Source: a virus
DNA length: 39,147 nucleotides
Strand: one strand, 5' to 3'
Virus record (IMG/VR): IMGVR_UViG_3300010347_002547
Coordinates: 1 to 39,147 of that record
This document shows positions 35,147-39,147 of this stretch, one piece after another. The translations under genes and the position numbers were made by a program. Under the pieces are notes generated by a model that had not been told where the DNA came from, ran no database searches, and saw only the letters and a program-made list of their open reading frames with translations. The first letter of the stretch is position 1; each line of letters starts with the position of its first letter.

Positions 35147-35647
35147 TTACTTGGGATCTCTGGACATTGCGGTGAATGAATATTTGGTGGTTGATGTAGA
35201 TCCTACGTTACCAACATTCAATGAATCTTGATTCAGGAGGCAACGATTGAATGTGACAATTTTACCACCACCAACAGTAGTTGGTTCTTTGAGGGAACGC
35301 TTATATTCATCACCAGTGTCGCTGACGACAATTGTAAATTCCCGGCTGAGACCAGAACTTGACCATGTCAGATGATTCTTGATCAGATCCATCCAAGTTT
35401 CTGGATTTTCTGCATTGGAAACCCACCAGGTTCCAATTTCGAAATCACCTTTGTAGTCGATTTTGCCTTGGACTTGAGCATATTTTTCGTGTTTACCAGT
35501 ACCATATTCTGACGCGATATCTGTTGTTTTCTGGACAGTAAGAGATTTCAGTGGTATTGAATGTACAGTACCATCATTGGATGAGGTAAATGTGACAACA
35601 ATATCTCCTGGATCTTCTGCCACTATTGTATATGAACTTTCTGCCAT
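35147..35647 (-). CDS. Tail tube protein
   Basis: 166 aa directly after the sheath; GKIDYKGDFEI, VTFNRCLL and YSFTAM beta pattern. Confidence 0.8.
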   Translation of the reverse strand: MAESSYTIVAEDPGDIVVTFTSSNDGTVHSIPLKSLTVQKTTDIASEYGTGKHEKYAQVQGKIDYKGDFEIGTWWVSNAENPETWMDLIKNHLTWSSSGLSREFTIVVSDTGDEYKRSLKEPTTVGGGKIVTFNRCLLNQDSLNVGNVGSTSTTKYSFTAMSRDPK

Positions 35648-35693
35648 AATAAAACTCCATGTATGATTATGATAAAAAATTAATTAGTAATGA

Positions 35694-37379
35694 TTATAGT
35701 TCATCACTAACTTTGGTAACCACTTTGGTATTCTCGTTTTCGTTCAGGATACCAACCGCGATTGTTTCATCTATGCGCTCAATATGACCTATGTTCTCCA
35801 TACTGATCTTGACGATGACTTTTCCAGTATCGGTAGTAGCTGGGAAAACATCTAGTGTGTATGCGCGTATATTTTCGTCACGTAACAGGTCATTCAGAAC
35901 CGAAGCAATTGATGCTTTCATGGCAGCCATCACACCAACAGTTCTCTTCTCGTGGAAGTACTGTTGTGCGATTTCGTTGCTGCAGACAATAACCCAATTG
36001 ATGGTGCGGTTGTCTACTGTCCGCAAGAATTGCCACGTTCTGTCGGTCGTGATTCCGACGTATGGTCTGATGCCGCGTGATTTAATGATGGCATCTACTC
36101 TGGCATCGGTGGCCTGCGTTAGCGTATCAACTTCATCTTGATCAAATGTGTTGAGTAAGCCATTCAAACCGTTCATGGCGTTTCTGGGAAGTGCGGCGCT
36201 CTCGCCAATCGCTACAGCAGCTTCTTTACCGGCTCTGGCGCATGCGATATTCTGCGGTATAGAAGAATTGTCCCAGCCATTTCCGACAATAGTTAGTAGG
36301 CGATTAGAATAGCCGCTAGCTAAATCAAGTAATTGATCTACTGATAGATTTGGTGAAGCAGCTATGAAGCACTGGCATGGATGGAACCTATTTGCCATTT
36401 CCATTGACCATCCGTCTAATACGGGTATCAGATCGTGAGTACCTTCTTCAACTTCGTATTCGGTGAGACAAGCGCACTGAGGAGCACCTATCAGTTCAGC
36501 TGCAGCATTTCCACCAATTCTGAGAGCATTTTCCCAGTCATCTGTTGTTATGGCCAAGCCGTCGAGGCCCCCAGTCAAAATATGTGTAACATCAGCATCG
36601 ATCTTGGGTAGATGAGTTTCTCCCGGAACAATAGTTGCTTTGACGAAACCAATCGAATTCAGTCTGGCAACCAACTTAACTAGTGATGAAATATTGTCGT
36701 ACGTATATCTTGTTTCATTATCGGAAACCACTATTTTAACTGTGGGGTACTTCAAACTATACATGATCAGAGATGTTGGTGGTATTGCCTCGCCGAATGT
36801 TAGACTACCGTTGGTTTTATCAACATAAACTTGATCAGATGTTGGACCGGGGACGTATATAATTTCTTTCTCAATACCGTTTACTTTCACCCAATTAGCT
36901 GTAGATTCCAATATATTCGCGTAGTCTGTATAATAAGGTCCTGCGTTTCCATTTCCTGGTACGCCATAATATGAGTATTCGGTTGCTTTGTAGCTACCTG
37001 GTAGAACTTTTACTGTTATTGCGTTGCCCCAGATTCCAGGTGATGCAGCATCAATTGTTACGACATCGTTTAGTTCGTCCAATCCATCGTTGAGAGTTAC
37101 TGAGGCAGTTGCATGATCGGCACCCAGCACTCTGACAGCATAAACCACCGGAGCTCCTTGAGCAAAAATTATTTCAATTGCGTCCTTGAGACCGCCGGAA
37201 TAGAAGTAATGCTTAGCTTCAGATGAACTTGTCATTACAACACATTCATCTACCGGTCCGCGCACCGCACGACCAACCACCAGAACAGTCCCTTTTCCGA
37301 CTATTACTGGTACTGGACCTACCGTTTCCAGTTTGATTAATAACCGAACAAATTGATTCGGATTTCCGTATTCAACCAT
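35694..37379 (-). CDS. Contractile tail sheath protein
   Basis: VLVVGRAVRGPVDE, AASPGIWGNAITV, LTGGLDG, GITT...RTINW motifs; 561 aa. Confidence 0.92.
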   Translation of the reverse strand: MVEYGNPNQFVRLLIKLETVGPVPVIVGKGTVLVVGRAVRGPVDECVVMTSSSEAKHYFYSGGLKDAIEIIFAQGAPVVYAVRVLGADHATASVTLNDGLDELNDVVTIDAASPGIWGNAITVKVLPGSYKATEYSYYGVPGNGNAGPYYTDYANILESTANWVKVNGIEKEIIYVPGPTSDQVYVDKTNGSLTFGEAIPPTSLIMYSLKYPTVKIVVSDNETRYTYDNISSLVKLVARLNSIGFVKATIVPGETHLPKIDADVTHILTGGLDGLAITTDDWENALRIGGNAAAELIGAPQCACLTEYEVEEGTHDLIPVLDGWSMEMANRFHPCQCFIAASPNLSVDQLLDLASGYSNRLLTIVGNGWDNSSIPQNIACARAGKEAAVAIGESAALPRNAMNGLNGLLNTFDQDEVDTLTQATDARVDAIIKSRGIRPYVGITTDRTWQFLRTVDNRTINWVIVCSNEIAQQYFHEKRTVGVMAAMKASIASVLNDLLRDENIRAYTLDVFPATTDTGKVIVKISMENIGHIERIDETIAVGILNENENTKVVTKVSDEL

Positions 37380-37402
37380 AATAGAACTCCATTAATTTAG
37401 TT

Positions 37403-37558
37403 TTAAATCGTTTCAATCATTGTGGTTTTGACGTTGTAGCCGTCATTTATCCACTTTTGGAAAGCCTTTTTTGTGATTTTGTGTTCTCGATATGCATTGA
37501 GAATACTTATTTTATGTGGCTCTTCCTTCATAGAAATTTCAGATTTCTTCATGAGCAT
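37403..37558 (-). CDS. Small hypothetical protein (51 aa) before the sheath
   Basis: MLMKKSEISMKEEPHKISILNAYREHKITKKAFQKWINDG...; AGGT RBS; not in the ORF track. Confidence 0.5.
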   Translation of the reverse strand: MLMKKSEISMKEEPHKISILNAYREHKITKKAFQKWINDGYNVKTTMIETI

Positions 37559-37630
37559 TACCTATGCATTTTAATATAATCAAATAAAAAGACGTCAAAA
37601 GGTATTTTACGAAAGCCGCAGGAGAATCTG

Positions 37631-37641
37631 AAAAAAAAAAA
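37631..37641 (-). terminator. Oligo-T (T11) archaeal-type terminator
   Basis: A11 run on the plus strand, about 30 nt downstream of the 37669 stop. Confidence 0.55.
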
Positions 37642-37668
37642 TAAGTTTATGTTAGAACAAATTCTCGA

Positions 37669-38391
37669 CTACTCATTGATCAATATGATGTCGAATCCTG
37701 AGTAAACTGTTTTGCTGGGTCCTCTTAAGAGCACATCACAATTAATGCAGCTTCTCCAGCCGCGCAAGCAAATCGACATTTCATACCATGGTGGATGTAC
37801 ATCAGTCAATGTTATGTGATCAGTTGGTACATATGGCAAACCAAAATCATATTGGATGGCGTGAATGTTAGGTGTATCATCCAATATACTGAATTCATAT
37901 TCTATTTTGAAGTCTAGCACAGCCGGATATATCCAATGTTGGTCGGAAGCTCGTGCTTGAAATGGCGGAAGGTAACCTATATGGCTGGATCCTGGAACTA
38001 CTCTCATACGATCGGTAGGCCAATACAACCCCAGTCTGCGCAATTCTATTTGTACCTGTAGGTCATACAGCATTTGATCAAGGACTTCTGGGGTTTGTTG
38101 GTCTGTACCGGCTAATGGGCTTTCCGCCATCAGTGTAACACTGATTGATGCCTGCTCGTGGTGTCCGATCCATTGTCGAGCGTCACCATTCTCGCCTAGA
38201 TAATCTTTCCGGATTGGCCCAGATGTATTTGGCCGAATCCTGATACCTTCCGATATGATAGCTAACCGCATCGATGGGAAATGGTAGTCATCGTTGTCTA
38301 GGCGGTCTTTCCGAAGCTTCTTGATTGTTTGACTGGCGAGATTCGTGGGTATGATGTCAAGGAGTTTGGCCCGTTGTGTGATAGATAGCAT
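37669..38391 (-). CDS. Probable tail terminator/neck protein
   Basis: 240 aa upstream of the sheath; ASISVTLMAES...QMLYDLQ...YPAVLDFKIEY alpha/beta pattern. Called mainly by synteny. Confidence 0.5.
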   Translation of the reverse strand: MLSITQRAKLLDIIPTNLASQTIKKLRKDRLDNDDYHFPSMRLAIISEGIRIRPNTSGPIRKDYLGENGDARQWIGHHEQASISVTLMAESPLAGTDQQTPEVLDQMLYDLQVQIELRRLGLYWPTDRMRVVPGSSHIGYLPPFQARASDQHWIYPAVLDFKIEYEFSILDDTPNIHAIQYDFGLPYVPTDHITLTDVHPPWYEMSICLRGWRSCINCDVLLRGPSKTVYSGFDIILINE

Positions 38392-39147
38392 TTATGGCAC
38401 CACCGGATCTCTTCTGCTATCATATGGTTTGTATGGAATATCTAAATATTCTATATCAAGCATTTGTGGTGTATATTTTTCCACAGAAGATATAATTTCT
38501 TCTATATGATCGTTGATCAAGCGTATGTCACATTTATATGTTTTTTGGTCAGTATCAATAACAGCTAGATCATAAAAAGTGTATACTGGTACAGTCTTTT
38601 TGTCGTAAATTCGCATATCATATGGATTGTAAATTCTTCTGGCCATTGCAGTTAGTATATTAAAATCTTCAATAAATGTGGTTTGAAGCGGTAAACTGGC
38701 CAAATATGATGAATTCATCATTTTTCTGAAGGGAGCACTACAAGTATATGTTTTTATGAATTTCTTTTTGCTCAGTATATCGAACAGGTATGTTTCGTGC
38801 TTGGTAATTAATGTGGTATACAAGAATGGCGTACTTTTGGTGAGAATGCTTCTAGATTTGAGGAGTAGGCTTTGATCCCAAGAAATGCCGCGAACAACTT
38901 TATTCAATTCGATTATCCATTGACCCGAATTGTGACATGGTACTCCTGACCATGTATAATTTGCCAGATATTCTTCATCGAAAGTTTGCTGTCCGGTATT
39001 TGATGGAACATCGCCTTCCCGAACAACTACTGTTTGCGGGTTAATGCTGGTCCAATCAGTTCCGTTTGTAGAAATTTTGACAATTGGATTACCTGAAGCA
39101 TCTACACTAGTTACGGTTGATAATATTTCTGCTTCGGATGTTCCAAT
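38392..39147 (-). CDS. 5'-partial hypothetical virion protein
   Basis: The called ORF (TTG 38907) is open for 80 more codons to the window edge (IGTSEAEILSTVTSVDASGNPIVKISTNGTDW...); its stop abuts the next ATG. Confidence 0.65.
   Translation of the reverse strand: MGTSEAEILSTVTSVDASGNPIVKISTNGTDWTSINPQTVVVREGDVPSNTGQQTFDEEYLANYTWSGVPCHNSGQWIIELNKVVRGISWDQSLLLKSRSILTKSTPFLYTTLITKHETYLFDILSKKKFIKTYTCSAPFRKMMNSSYLASLPLQTTFIEDFNILTAMARRIYNPYDMRIYDKKTVPVYTFYDLAVIDTDQKTYKCDIRLINDHIEEIISSVEKYTPQMLDIEYLDIPYKPYDSRRDPVVP

Noticed and set aside
24004-39147. Extracellular contractile injection system or tailocin
   Set aside because: Long tape measure, G/GT chaperone frameshift and linked replication genes indicate a viral tail; no Afp15-like ATPase seen. 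Head genes for this block are not in the window, so it is not fully excluded.
1-39147. tRNA genes, integrase, major capsid protein
   Set aside because: No cloverleaf/T-loop consensus, recombinase motif or capsid-like ORF recognised by eye; a tRNAscan-SE and HMM run would be needed to exclude them.

Overview
Viral or proviral DNA with archaeal signals (TATA/BRE promoters, GGAGG/GAGGTGA ribosome-binding sites (RBS), IS605-family tnpB). A methanogen host, probably Methanosarcinales/Methanotrichales, is my inference. There are three blocks. (A) 1-~11.27 kb is GC-rich (roughly 55-60% by eye): a leftward operon of tightly overlapping small genes, an ERF recombinase, a repeat-rich candidate origin region, then TerS-TerL-portal running off the left edge. 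A divergent AT-rich promoter switch at ~9.93-10.05 kb feeds rightward AbrB-like regulators and a secreted transglutaminase-like protein. (B) ~11.28-13.32 kb is an AT-rich accessory island: a class III nucleotidyl cyclase fused to a NUDIX-fold domain, abutting a 5'-truncated tnpB. (C) ~13.35-39.15 kb is lower GC (roughly 40% by eye) and almost all minus strand: a contractile-tail module (terminator-like gene, sheath, tube, tail assembly chaperone with a -1 slippery site, tape measure, hub, spike, gp25-like, baseplate J), then a replication/nucleotide module (SSB-like, Sak4-like ATPase, ERCC4 nuclease, dUTPase, NrdG, NrdD, D5-like SF3 helicase) and an HslV/proteasome-beta-like peptidase. Two intact tnpB-only elements sit between genes in block C. 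I saw no integrase, major capsid protein, tRNA or CRISPR array. Product calls come from motif recognition and gene order only; no database search was run.
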